From the UHGV virus genome UHGV-0856201: a stretch of DNA of 61,875 bases. One strand, written 5' to 3'. Shown here piece after piece: positions 38,677 to 48,072 of this stretch. Position numbers and translations under genes: made by a program. The stretch is from a virus. A model generated the notes under the pieces. The model saw nothing but the letters and a program-made list of their open reading frames with translations, ran no database searches and had not been told where the DNA came from. Position 1 is the stretch's first letter. Each line of letters begins with the position of its first letter.

Positions 38677-39183
38677 ATGCGTGATTTGATGGTTGACATT
38701 GAAACGTGTGGTACTAAACCGGGTTGTGCAGTGCTGTCAATTGGCGCTGTTTATTTTGATCGTCAGGGTAATATTGGTGAAACGTTTTACGCATCAATGG
38801 GTTTTAATGCACTTGCTTATGGTCACACGGACCCTGACACTATGAAGTGGTGGTCGCAGCAGTCAGAACAAGCACAAAAAGATGCTTTTGGTGGTACTGC
38901 CGATCCTGTTCAGGTTGCTAAAGATTTTGCCAAATTCATCTGGCACGATGCTAAACCGTGGGGAAATGGTTCCACATTCGATATCACTATTCTGGAAGCA
39001 TGGTTTAATGCTGTTGGGGTTCGTTGCCCGTGGAAGTTCTGGAATGTTCGTGATGTTCGTACAGCTGTTGATTTGCTGGGTATTAACCCGAAAGAATTTA
39101 CCCGTGACGGTACTTACCACAATGCGTTAGACGACTGTTTACACCAGATTAAATATCTTACTAGTGGGACTAAAACATTATGA
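38677..39183 (+). CDS. 3'-5' exonuclease (DnaQ-like fold)
   Basis: MVDIETCG (DxE) and YHNALDD motifs. Confidence 0.65.
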   Translation: MRDLMVDIETCGTKPGCAVLSIGAVYFDRQGNIGETFYASMGFNALAYGHTDPDTMKWWSQQSEQAQKDAFGGTADPVQVAKDFAKFIWHDAKPWGNGSTFDITILEAWFNAVGVRCPWKFWNVRDVRTAVDLLGINPKEFTRDGTYHNALDDCLHQIKYLTSGTKTL

Positions 39184-39671
39184 CAACGCTTGAACAATGG
39201 GCGATTCGTCACGGTATTAGTCAGATGGCGTTGTACGAGTTATACGCGCTTTATCAGCCTGATGGAACACCACACGAAGACGGTGTAAGTGAAAGCGCCA
39301 CCAGTAAAGAGTGTGAACTGATTGCGGCACGTGCCGGGCAACGTATCTGGCGTAATAACTCAGGTGCTCTGAAAAACGAAAAAGGAATGATGGTTCGTTA
39401 TGGTCTTGGTAACACCAGTGCGAAAATCAACGCTGTTATGAAGTCAAGCGACTACATCGGAATTAAAACCAAAATCGTTACACCGGATATGATCGGTTCG
39501 AAAGTGGGCGTCTTTATTGCTGCCGAAATGAAACGCCCTGACTGGCACATGATCCCCAGTGATAAACGTGCACAAGCACAGGCCACTTTCGGTGCGATTG
39601 TTGAAAACGCAGGTGGTGAATTTCGTTTCATTACTCACCCTTCACAATTTGAAAAATGGATTAAACAATGA
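39180..39671 (+). CDS. VRR-NUC domain nuclease
   Basis: IWRNNSGA ... DYIGI ... GVFIAAEMK pattern. Confidence 0.6.
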   Translation: MTTLEQWAIRHGISQMALYELYALYQPDGTPHEDGVSESATSKECELIAARAGQRIWRNNSGALKNEKGMMVRYGLGNTSAKINAVMKSSDYIGIKTKIVTPDMIGSKVGVFIAAEMKRPDWHMIPSDKRAQAQATFGAIVENAGGEFRFITHPSQFEKWIKQ

Positions 39672-39841
39672 ATACTGAACGCATTGAACGTCTGCAAAAA
39701 CTGATTGATAACCACGGTATTGAAGCTGTTGCCAAACGTCTGAACGTTACTGAAATTCATGTTAAACGTAATCTGCTTACCGGGCGATCTGCTATCAACC
39801 TGGTCAAACTGATGGCTGCTGAACGTCAGTTCGGAGCGTAA
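39668..39841 (+). CDS. small DNA-binding protein (57 aa)
   Basis: ATGA overlaps with both neighbours; HTH-like; below ORF-track size cutoff. Confidence 0.4.
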   Translation: MNTERIERLQKLIDNHGIEAVAKRLNVTEIHVKRNLLTGRSAINLVKLMAAERQFGA

Positions 39842-39844
39842 ATT

Positions 39845-42199
39845 ATGAAAGGGTTACTGAACCGTAAACAGTGGGTCATGTGGCGACTTGAGACAGTCGC
39901 CGATCGTCCAAAACCAACGAAAGTACCATACAGCCCGGTACACGGTTATAAAGCCAGTACCACTAACCCTAACGACTGGTCTGACTATCACACCGCGTTA
40001 GGTATGGCGCAAATGTACGGTATGTCCGGTGTTGGTTTTGTATTCACAGAAAACGACCCTTATTTCTTTATCGATGTTGATAACTGTCTGGTAGATCAGG
40101 CAACAGCTACGTGGTCACCACTGGCGCATGAATTCGTAAACCGTTTCCCAAATGCTTACACTGAAGTAAGTCAGTCAGGAACAGGTTTACATATCATCTG
40201 TGCTTATACCAGCATACCGGAAGGTTTTAACAGTCTTAACGACCAGAAAACCGGACTGGAAATGTACTGGCGTGATCGTTTCGTCGCGATGACGCTCACG
40301 GGTAATGGTGATGTTGATATTGATTATACCCAGGGTATTCATGATTCTATTGCCCGGTATGGTCGCATCCGTTCAGACCGTTCCGCACGCTGGACAACAG
40401 CACCCTGTGATGACTGGTCAGGCCCAGCAGACGATGATGAACTGATTAAAATGGCGTTAAATTCGTCCAGTGCTGCTTCAGTATTTGGTAATAAAGCATC
40501 ATTTGCGGATCTGTGGAATGCAAACGTTGAACGCCTGTCTGTGTCATATCCCAGCGACCAGGGAAAAGACTACAATGCATCTGCCGCTGATGCTGCCCTG
40601 TGCTCACACCTTGCTTTCTGGACCGGGAAAGATTGCGAACGCATTGAACGGTTGTTTAACCGTTCCGGGCTGGTTCGTGGTAAATGGACAGACCGTCAGG
40701 ATTACCGTGAGAATACGATTCTGGGCGCTGTGGAACGTTGTGATACGGTTTATTGTAGTCAACCGACACTGACACCAGAACTGATGAAAGCAGTCACACC
40801 AGCACCTACCGTTGTTCCTAACGGTGGAACACCTGCGTACATGAGTGTGAAACCCGGTGAAGGTGCGTATGGTTCAAACCACACGGTTAACGCATCCACG
40901 TTCGTTAATAACTATTATCCGAACAACACATTGATTTTCGTCCAGCAACAGCCGTACCGGTTCAACGGTCGCGTATGGGAACGTGTCAGTGAAGATGAAC
41001 TGAAACATCAGATATCTATGGCAATGCTCGCCAGCGAACCAAAAGCCGATGTGATTAATGGTACGTACAAGGTATTGTCGTATTTATTCACGCGGGCTGA
41101 TCGTGAGCTTGGAACATGGCCCGGTGTTGATGTATCGCACTATATTGTTTGTCAGAACGGAATACTGGATGTACACACGGGTAAATGTGATGCACATAAC
41201 CCGGATTTCTTTACGACCAGTATTTTACCGTATAGCTACGATCCGTTTGCCCGTGCGCCAGCATTTGAACAGTTTTTAAATACAACTCTGGAAGGTGATC
41301 AGGAACGTATTGCATTGTTGCAGGAATGGCTGGGTTACATGCTTGTCAACTCGTATGACTATCAGAAAGCAATGCTGTTGATTGGTGCACCACGTTCCGG
41401 TAAAGGTACGATTGGTCGCATCATTCAGGCACTGGTAGGTGATGAAGCGTATGCAGGGATCACACTGGAGGGTTTAGCAAGTGATGCGGTACTTGAAACT
41501 GTGCTGGATAAATCTGTGCTGTTTATCGGTGATGCTCACAGTGTGTCCGGGCCTGATCGCAACCGAATTCTGGACCGTTTCAAATCTATTACAGGTTGTG
41601 ATGCGATTCCGGTTAATCGTAAGTATAAAGGTGCATGGAACGGTCGTTTACCTGGACGTATGACACTGGCTGCTAACAACATCCCGGCATTTGCTGATGA
41701 TTCCGGTGCAATGGCTAACCGTTTGCTGATCCTACCATTCAACATTTCGTTCCTGGGTCGTGAAGATACCACTCTGGAAGCACGACTGATGAAAGAACTA
41801 CCGGGGATCTGTAACTGGGCGATTGAAGGTTTACAACGATTACGTGCAAACGGACGGTTTACTGAACCAAAAGCAAGTATGGAAGAACGTCAGGAAATTA
41901 TGGATCAACAATCACCACTTAGAAGTTTTATCAGAGATTGTTGCGAATTGGTATCTGATGGTGAGGTGCATACTGAAGAACTATATGGTCGTTATCGTCT
42001 CTGGAAAACACAGGAAGGTGGTCCAGCAATGACTAAAACTGCATTTAGTCGGGCGTTTAAATCCACCCTTCGTGGTAAAGTGAAAAAAGACGTTGTTAAT
42101 ATAAATAACGTACGACTAAACGGTTTCAGGGGTGTTCGTCTTCTCCCTTTTCAGTCAACAGCTAATGTAGTGCCTTTCCCACCTGCGAGTAACGGTTAG
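39845..42199 (+). CDS. primase / D5-like helicase-primase (P4-type)
   Basis: 784 aa; Walker A GAPRSGKGT; Walker B-like VLFIGDAH; N-terminal primase-like region. Confidence 0.75.
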   Translation: MKGLLNRKQWVMWRLETVADRPKPTKVPYSPVHGYKASTTNPNDWSDYHTALGMAQMYGMSGVGFVFTENDPYFFIDVDNCLVDQATATWSPLAHEFVNRFPNAYTEVSQSGTGLHIICAYTSIPEGFNSLNDQKTGLEMYWRDRFVAMTLTGNGDVDIDYTQGIHDSIARYGRIRSDRSARWTTAPCDDWSGPADDDELIKMALNSSSAASVFGNKASFADLWNANVERLSVSYPSDQGKDYNASAADAALCSHLAFWTGKDCERIERLFNRSGLVRGKWTDRQDYRENTILGAVERCDTVYCSQPTLTPELMKAVTPAPTVVPNGGTPAYMSVKPGEGAYGSNHTVNASTFVNNYYPNNTLIFVQQQPYRFNGRVWERVSEDELKHQISMAMLASEPKADVINGTYKVLSYLFTRADRELGTWPGVDVSHYIVCQNGILDVHTGKCDAHNPDFFTTSILPYSYDPFARAPAFEQFLNTTLEGDQERIALLQEWLGYMLVNSYDYQKAMLLIGAPRSGKGTIGRIIQALVGDEAYAGITLEGLASDAVLETVLDKSVLFIGDAHSVSGPDRNRILDRFKSITGCDAIPVNRKYKGAWNGRLPGRMTLAANNIPAFADDSGAMANRLLILPFNISFLGREDTTLEARLMKELPGICNWAIEGLQRLRANGRFTEPKASMEERQEIMDQQSPLRSFIRDCCELVSDGEVHTEELYGRYRLWKTQEGGPAMTKTAFSRAFKSTLRGKVKKDVVNINNVRLNGFRGVRLLPFQSTANVVPFPPASNG

Positions 42200-42214
42200 T
42201 CATTGCACAAGGAT

Positions 42215-42260
42215 GTGTAAAATAATTCTTGACGAATTACAGATGTGTGCGCTATAGTCT
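42215..42260 (+). promoter_or_regulatory. conserved phage early promoter (copy 9)
   Basis: aaaataattcttgacgaattac; -35 TTGACG 42229-42234; -10 tatagt. Confidence 0.6.
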
Positions 42261-42289
42261 GTACATCAAGTGAACAAGGAGTGATTGTT

Positions 42290-42502
42290 ATGAAACCACG
42301 CTACCGATTAATGAGACTTTCACAGTGTCCTAACGGAACACGGTTTTATTTTTATCGTCTGAAGCAACTATTACCTTTCACGTTAATTGCTAACAGTTTT
42401 AAGAAATACGAAAGTATTTATCACGAAGGTCACGATTTTAATATAACCGCGCGAAAATACAGAACGTCTATTCATAAACTTGTGTGGGCTAAGGTGAACT
42501 AA
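42290..42502 (+). CDS. hypothetical protein
   Basis: Start MKPRYRL with RBS aaggag. Confidence 0.4.
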   Translation: MKPRYRLMRLSQCPNGTRFYFYRLKQLLPFTLIANSFKKYESIYHEGHDFNITARKYRTSIHKLVWAKVN

Positions 42503-42504
42503 TA

Positions 42505-42744
42505 ATGGGTGGTCGTGGGTCATGTCGTCGAACTCGTTCGTTACGTTGTAGCAAATGTTATGAGCGAAATCTACGTGATTATTTATTAGGGTTTGGTACA
42601 CGCAACTGGGAAAACGTTGATGTAACAGGTAAAAACGGAAACGCTTACACCTGTCGTTGTAAATCCTGTGGTCACACTTATCAAACAACATCAGCGGCTG
42701 CACGTCGCGAATGGAACTGGAGAAAGAACCATGTTATTAACTAG
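42505..42744 (+). CDS. Cys4 zinc-ribbon protein
   Basis: C..C...CRCKSCGH arrangement; 79 aa. Confidence 0.4.
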   Translation: MGGRGSCRRTRSLRCSKCYERNLRDYLLGFGTRNWENVDVTGKNGNAYTCRCKSCGHTYQTTSAAARREWNWRKNHVIN

Positions 42745-42988
42745 TATTTTCATACTTGTATTTTGGATAATTATCGTTATACGTATAATTATTTGTGCTG
42801 TCATACAAAGAAAAATGATTGATTTTTATTACTCTGATGAAAGTGGTTGGGACACACATCAACAGAGTATGTTTGATGCTTACCCACAATTAGATACTTT
42901 CAAAATGATTTTTAAATTCTGGGTATGGCCTATGTCAAAATTCTATCCTGAATACAGGAAAGGTAAAAACCATGAAAAACATATTTGA
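42731..42988 (+). CDS. small membrane protein
   Basis: Start MLLTSIFILVFWIIIVIRIIICAV, strongly hydrophobic. Confidence 0.35.
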   Translation: MLLTSIFILVFWIIIVIRIIICAVIQRKMIDFYYSDESGWDTHQQSMFDAYPQLDTFKMIFKFWVWPMSKFYPEYRKGKNHEKHI

Positions 42989-43169
42989 CCGTTTAATCAC
43001 TGTTATCGTGTTCCTTGTGTCCGTAACACTAGCGTCTTGTATTGTCGGACTAATGACCCGTGGTAATCATGCGGAAACTCCGTGGTGGTTCCTGGCGGGT
43101 ATTGGATTATTAGCGGCTGCGGCATCAATTGGTGCTTGCATGTGGGGAGTGAAAAACGATCATGACTGA
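42972..43169 (+). CDS. small membrane protein (two TMDs)
   Basis: LITVIVFLVSVTLASCIVGL and WWFLAGIGLLAAAASIGA. Confidence 0.4.
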   Translation: MKNIFDRLITVIVFLVSVTLASCIVGLMTRGNHAETPWWFLAGIGLLAAAASIGACMWGVKNDHD

Positions 43170-43377
43170 GTTCGGTGCTGTAATCAAAAAAGAAGACCGT
43201 TATGCACATATTGATACCCGGATTACCTGGGTTGATATCAGTGAAGCTACTCTATTCAGTTCAACTTACATGGCTGGTGTTGCACTTAAAGCACTTCGTG
43301 ATCAAGGTTTCAATTGCAGAAAAGTAACAATCGCGCCTGTTAAAATCACGCGGATCGTCGAGGAGACAGAAGGATGA
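43162..43377 (+). CDS. hypothetical protein
   Basis: 71-aa ORF, coupled. Confidence 0.35.
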   Translation: MTEFGAVIKKEDRYAHIDTRITWVDISEATLFSSTYMAGVALKALRDQGFNCRKVTIAPVKITRIVEETEG

Positions 43378-43769
43378 TAATAGTCGTCACAGGTGGTCGT
43401 GACTTTAACGACAGAACAGCAGTGTTTTCCGCGTTAGGACTACTTCACAAACAATTCCCCATTACCGAACTAATTGAAGGAGGTGCGTCAGGTGTTGATA
43501 ACCTGTGTAAGCAATGGGCGCAATTACACGGTATTCCTGTGCGTAGTTGTCCGGCAGCGTGGGACGATCTGACTGTACCGGGTGCGGTTGTAAAACAAGG
43601 TAAGCATGGGCCTTATAACGCTGTTGCAGGTCATCAACGTAATCAGGCAATGTTAGAGGGCGAACCACGCCCTACATACGGTGTTGTGTTCCCCGGTGGG
43701 CGTGGTACTGCCGACATGCATCGTCGTATGTTGAAAGCTGGTTTAACTGTGTGGGTTCCGTATCCTTAA
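43374..43769 (+). CDS. SLOG-family (DUF2493-like) protein
   Basis: IVVTGGRDFND ... IEGGASGVD resembles DprA/LOG-like SLOG Rossmann motifs. Confidence 0.5.
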   Translation: MIIVVTGGRDFNDRTAVFSALGLLHKQFPITELIEGGASGVDNLCKQWAQLHGIPVRSCPAAWDDLTVPGAVVKQGKHGPYNAVAGHQRNQAMLEGEPRPTYGVVFPGGRGTADMHRRMLKAGLTVWVPYP

Positions 43770-43810
43770 AATAATTCTTGACAGATTACCAACCCTCCCC
43801 GATAATCAGC
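43762..43810 (+). promoter_or_regulatory. conserved phage early promoter (copy 10, near-consensus)
   Basis: -35 TTGACA 43778-43783, 17-nt spacer, -10 gataat 43801-43806. Confidence 0.7.
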
Positions 43811-43840
43811 CTCAGTTAACACACATGAGGCTGAACACAA

Positions 43841-44071
43841 ATGGCTAACAAGATTCATAGAGTCGATGACACTTTTGTCATTTCAGACGATGGCGGTTGG
43901 TTGCCTGGCTGTTATGACAGTTTTGAAACAGCAGAAAAAGCACATGCTGTTAAACATTTGGAAAACTGGAATTTCCTCCAGCGTCTTCAGAATGAAGTAA
44001 ACACCCGTAACGGTGGCGTAGACGGTGTAATCACTCTTAATGATATTGAAAACAAATCTGCACGGAGCTAA
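43841..44071 (+). CDS. hypothetical protein
   Basis: 76-aa ORF after promoter copy 10. Confidence 0.4.
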   Translation: MANKIHRVDDTFVISDDGGWLPGCYDSFETAEKAHAVKHLENWNFLQRLQNEVNTRNGGVDGVITLNDIENKSARS

Positions 44072-44076
44072 TAACC

Positions 44077-44844
44077 ATGAGCAACATTAACTCACTTCGC
44101 AAGCTATCTGATACCGATAAAACCAACGTAAAACGTGGTAACGCATATCGCATTGATCCGCGTATTATCAAGATTCGTCCAGGACATAACCCACGCGGTG
44201 TGTTTACCGACAACTACTGGGAAACTGAAGCAGCACTGACACACATTGAAAACTTTCGTCAGGCTTATACTAACGGTGATTTCGTTCCACCGATCGTGGT
44301 ACAGGTTGTTGACGGTGTTCCGTATGTTCAGGATGGTGAACATCGTTTACGTGGTGTATTGGCAGCTATTGAAGCCGGGACGCCGATTCTGACAGTAGAT
44401 GTTGTTGAATCGTCCGGTGACGAACTACAACAGACCCTGACACTGTTAAAAGGTAATGAAGGTAAACCGTGGTCGCCTGTTGAACGTGCTGTTATTTACG
44501 GTCGTTTCCGTTCATATGGGATGAGTGTTGAGCAGATCGCTACACAGGTTGGTAAAACCGTTCAGCATGTTTACGAACAACTGAATATTCTTGATATGCC
44601 GCTGGAACTTAAACGTCGTATTCAGAACGGTGAAATCAGCGCATCAGCAGCCATTCGCCAGTTTAAAGCAGGTGATAAAGAACCAATAATCACACGTCGC
44701 CCGCCTGCTAAACTGGTACGGTCTGCAGTGGAAGCAATCCGCGGTGAATGGTCTGTAACCCGTTCGGAAGGTGGTAAAGTCCTGGTTGAACTCACTGCTG
44801 AACAGTTCGAAGCGTTAAAAGCACTGAAGGATCACCAGTTATGA
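44077..44844 (+). CDS. ParB-like nuclease domain protein
   Basis: ParB N-terminal-like region (VDGVPYVQDGEHRLRGVLAA) plus HTH-like segment. Confidence 0.55.
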   Translation: MSNINSLRKLSDTDKTNVKRGNAYRIDPRIIKIRPGHNPRGVFTDNYWETEAALTHIENFRQAYTNGDFVPPIVVQVVDGVPYVQDGEHRLRGVLAAIEAGTPILTVDVVESSGDELQQTLTLLKGNEGKPWSPVERAVIYGRFRSYGMSVEQIATQVGKTVQHVYEQLNILDMPLELKRRIQNGEISASAAIRQFKAGDKEPIITRRPPAKLVRSAVEAIRGEWSVTRSEGGKVLVELTAEQFEALKALKDHQL

Positions 44845-45032
44845 AAAACCGTAAAGCTAAGATGCTTATCTCCCGTGTATACAGACTTTGCTATCCCAGC
44901 CAGTGGTTGAGAGTTAGCAATCGTCGTGTGGTGTTGTTTTCATTTTCTGGAATTGCCAGAGAGGGAGTCCAAGATAAGCCCAGCGCGGCACAAAACCGCT
45001 GGAAAAACCACCTGCGCACTAAAGGAGACTAG
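44841..45032 (+). CDS. hypothetical protein
   Basis: 63-aa ORF, coupled. Confidence 0.3.
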   Translation: MKNRKAKMLISRVYRLCYPSQWLRVSNRRVVLFSFSGIAREGVQDKPSAAQNRWKNHLRTKGD

Positions 45033-45035
45033 TTT

Positions 45036-45197
45036 ATGTCAGACAACTTAACATCAATTTACGGTACATTGACCTGTCGTTCTAAATTTAAACCGTTGAC
45101 AAAAGAAGAAGAACGTCAGTGTAAATTCAATAATAGTTTCACCAGCGTTAATGAAAATCGTTGGATTGCTAAACTAACCGGGAGTAAAAAGAAATGA
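45036..45197 (+). CDS. small hypothetical protein (53 aa)
   Basis: RBS aaggag before ATG 45036; ATGA overlap with next gene. Confidence 0.3.
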   Translation: MSDNLTSIYGTLTCRSKFKPLTKEEERQCKFNNSFTSVNENRWIAKLTGSKKK

Positions 45198-45418
45198 ATA
45201 TCCGACTGATGAATCCAACCGTTGCCCGTGATATTAAACCGGGTGATAAGATTGAAGTGTTTAACGATTGGTATTGGGTGCGTTATATCAATTACCACGG
45301 GTCACAGATTACGCTTCGTTTACAGCCGGAAGAGGAACCGCTATCACCATTTTGCGAAAACGACCGCGTTGTGGTGACAGTACCAGAAGATTTAATGATT
45401 GATGTCGAGGTGCGTTAA
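45194..45418 (+). CDS. hypothetical protein
   Basis: 74-aa ORF. Confidence 0.35.
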   Translation: MNIRLMNPTVARDIKPGDKIEVFNDWYWVRYINYHGSQITLRLQPEEEPLSPFCENDRVVVTVPEDLMIDVEVR

Positions 45419-45853
45419 ATGACTGTATATGAAATGGAAGGTTTTCTTCGTGGTAAATGTCTTCCGGGTGATCTGAAAGTTAACGAAACAAACGCTGAAT
45501 ATCTGGTGCGTAAATTTGCTGAACTTGAAAATAAATGCGCGTCGCTGGCGGCGGAGAATGCTGGGCTGAAACATGCAATGGCTGTAACTCTTGAGCATGT
45601 GTCGGTCACGGATGCAGGTCAGGCCGGAGTTGCTGCAATGATTATCAACGATGCCCTGCACCACAGCGAAACCCCAGATACCGACGCTCTCCTGGCTGAA
45701 GTACGTGCGCAGGGGGTGGATATGGCTCGTAACGCGATGATTGATTTTGTTGATGGTGAAGTTGGGCCAAACAAGAACGTTCCGGGGCTGATTAGAGGCG
45801 CAGAGATATGCGTAAGTATTGCCGCACAGCTTCGCAAAGGAGGCAACCAGTGA
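45419..45853 (+). CDS. hypothetical protein
   Basis: 144-aa ORF; GTGA overlap with next gene. Confidence 0.4.
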   Translation: MTVYEMEGFLRGKCLPGDLKVNETNAEYLVRKFAELENKCASLAAENAGLKHAMAVTLEHVSVTDAGQAGVAAMIINDALHHSETPDTDALLAEVRAQGVDMARNAMIDFVDGEVGPNKNVPGLIRGAEICVSIAAQLRKGGNQ

Positions 45854-46233
45854 GCAAGATTGACTATCAGGCACTGCGTGAAAAGGCAGAGAAAGCAACA
45901 AGTGGTGTGTGGTCGCTCGAATATGGAGAGGAGAGATTTGATGCTGATGATGCGCTAATTCATCGTGAAGTTGCTGGATATATTCCTATTTGCAGAATTG
46001 AAGGAGCGCATCCAGAAAGCTGTTTCGATGAAGATTTCCAAATGGAACAGCAGGCCAATGCTGAATTCATCTCCGCAGCCAATCCGGCTACCGTGCTTGC
46101 TCTTCTTGATGAAATGGAAGCTCAAAACAAACGCATTGCAGAGCTTGAGTCTGCATTAAATCGCCATTATGAGTTGCCTGACGTTTATGATATGGCGATA
46201 AAGCAATTCGAAAACCTGGCTAAAAGTGAATAG
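45850..46233 (+). CDS. Ea22/Ead-like protein
   Basis: GTG start with RBS ggagg; motif NAEFISAANPATVLALLDEMEAQN resembles lambda Ea22 C-terminus. Confidence 0.45.
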   Translation: MSKIDYQALREKAEKATSGVWSLEYGEERFDADDALIHREVAGYIPICRIEGAHPESCFDEDFQMEQQANAEFISAANPATVLALLDEMEAQNKRIAELESALNRHYELPDVYDMAIKQFENLAKSE

Positions 46234-46296
46234 CTACCCGTTCATATTAATTATCAGTGCGCTCTATGTGGCGCACGTTTTCTGGGAGATGTACCG

Positions 46297-46635
46297 ATGA
46301 GTTTATTTCAATGTGAAAACTGTGGATGTGTTGAAAATACCGCTCTGTCTTCTCAGGGGTTTAACGGTTTCTTTGAAAAATTATACGACTGGTCATATGC
46401 GCCTGAAAGGAAAGGTAAACGATTATGTTCAGCGTGTGGTCCCGTTAAATACAAAAATGGAAAAGATACCGAATACGGTAAATGGCATAACGTTTTTCCA
46501 CGTCAGTATTTACCATTGGGTAAGTTTAAAACGAATCGTCAGGGTAATCTGGAACATGTTGAAACGGGTGAAACAGATTATCAACCTTACATACTTAAAC
46601 AGGATGGTGACTGGAAAAACGAACCCTTCTGTTAA
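46297..46635 (+). CDS. hypothetical Cys-rich protein
   Basis: CENCGC ... CSACG arrangement; 112 aa. Confidence 0.4.
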   Translation: MSLFQCENCGCVENTALSSQGFNGFFEKLYDWSYAPERKGKRLCSACGPVKYKNGKDTEYGKWHNVFPRQYLPLGKFKTNRQGNLEHVETGETDYQPYILKQDGDWKNEPFC

Positions 46636-46640
46636 CAAAA

Positions 46641-46660
46641 AGCGGGGTAATTACCCCGCT
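46641..46660. terminator. putative bidirectional terminator hairpin
   Basis: agcggggtaattaccccgct between convergent genes. Confidence 0.45.
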
Positions 46661-46664
46661 ATCT

Positions 46665-47468
46665 TTATTGACCCATCATATCTTTATACATCATCAAAAC
46701 AACATCATCCGGCATATTATCTACATCGCAATGCGGGTTGTGTGATAACGCATACAACCTGATTTTCTCCTTCAAATCGCTGACATCGACTACAGGTGCT
46801 TCCACTCGTGCTACAGGTGCTTCCACTCGTGCTACAGGTGCTTCCACTCGTGCTACAGGTGCTTCCACTCGTGCTACAGGTGCTTCCACTCGTGCTACAG
46901 GTGCTTCACAAACCATCACGTTAAACGGTGTCCCGGTGTCTTCGTATTTTTCAAGCAAATCGACCATTACATTTACACATTCCGGGATCCATCCCCGGCG
47001 CAAACCATTCTGAATCCAACTGTCAGTAATTGTGTGTTCATTTAAATTCCTGCGTAACACGTATCTTGCACATTCAAAATTACCACACATCGCCTCAAAC
47101 CGTGTCCACACGTCGTGACCGTGAACAGCTTCCAGGATCTGTGAATCAACGTATCTGACACGTTGCCAGTAGTTATTAGCAAAACGCCTGTGTGGTAATT
47201 TCTGACGCAGTTCGGTAACCGGTATTGTGTGTTTAAGAACAATGTTTTCGTCAGAATGTTGTACTGACAAGGGTGACAGTGTGAAGTCAGTAATCTCTTC
47301 AAGAATAATACTGATCGTTTCATATTTAGGATGAAACCTACCGCTTAACCATTGGTTGTAACGACCAACAGTTACCTTAACACCTCGACGATTAAGGTAT
47401 TCAACAGCATTTTGTACCCCGCCTTTTAAATCTATCAATTCGTCTAAAAGGTTCTTTTTCATTATCAC
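46665..47468 (-). CDS. hypothetical protein with EAPVARV x6 repeat
   Basis: 267 aa; HTH-like N-terminus; adjacent to iteron-rich region. Confidence 0.5.
   Translation of the reverse strand: MIMKKNLLDELIDLKGGVQNAVEYLNRRGVKVTVGRYNQWLSGRFHPKYETISIILEEITDFTLSPLSVQHSDENIVLKHTIPVTELRQKLPHRRFANNYWQRVRYVDSQILEAVHGHDVWTRFEAMCGNFECARYVLRRNLNEHTITDSWIQNGLRRGWIPECVNVMVDLLEKYEDTGTPFNVMVCEAPVARVEAPVARVEAPVARVEAPVARVEAPVARVEAPVVDVSDLKEKIRLYALSHNPHCDVDNMPDDVVLMMYKDMMGQ
46788..46915 (-). repeat. 21-bp tandem repeat (6 units) inside CDS
   Basis: tccactcgtgctacaggtgct repeated head to tail. Confidence 0.9.
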
Positions 47469-47479
47469 CCCTCCTTATT

Positions 47480-48050
47480 TAACCACGGGTAAATCATAAC
47501 TCGTGTTAGCAGCTAGTGCAAGATGTGCTTTATATGTTAGTGTATTTACACCTAATGCATGTTGTGCTTTAGCAGCTAGTGCAAGATGCACGTTGTGTAT
47601 TAGCTGTTAGTGCACGTTGTGTATCTATGTTGGTACAGCTAATGCATGTTGTGCTTTATATAGTGCATATTGTGCATTAAAGTTATACTTAACATAGATT
47701 TCGTCATGTTTATTTTTTAACCAACCTCTCTCTATCTTATTCTTTTTATTATCTTTTTATAGATAACATAGAAAACATAGATATAAAGAAGAAGTAGTAT
47801 AGAAAGATAGAGATAGTGCATATAGTGTATTAGCTGTAAATAGAGCTAAAATAAAAGTCTGGGAGATACCTATTGTAATCTATGTTTTTATGCAAGTCTT
47901 TGAAATGATTGTGATTATGGGTTACGTATTTATGTATGTGGTCGAAAATTAGTGCATGTTGTGCACTAACTGTAAACTTAATACTAACATTGTATTAGCT
48001 GTAAAACAGGCCGTGTAGACAACCCGCGGGTATCTGTGGGAAACTAATTT
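47480..48050. other. iteron-rich AT-rich intergenic region (candidate origin / pac / operator array)
   Basis: Multiple agctagtgcaagatg and tgcatgttgtgc copies; second copy of the ~90-bp block at 8421-8510. Confidence 0.45.
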
Positions 48051-48072
48051 AAAATTTATGGGAGACAAATTT

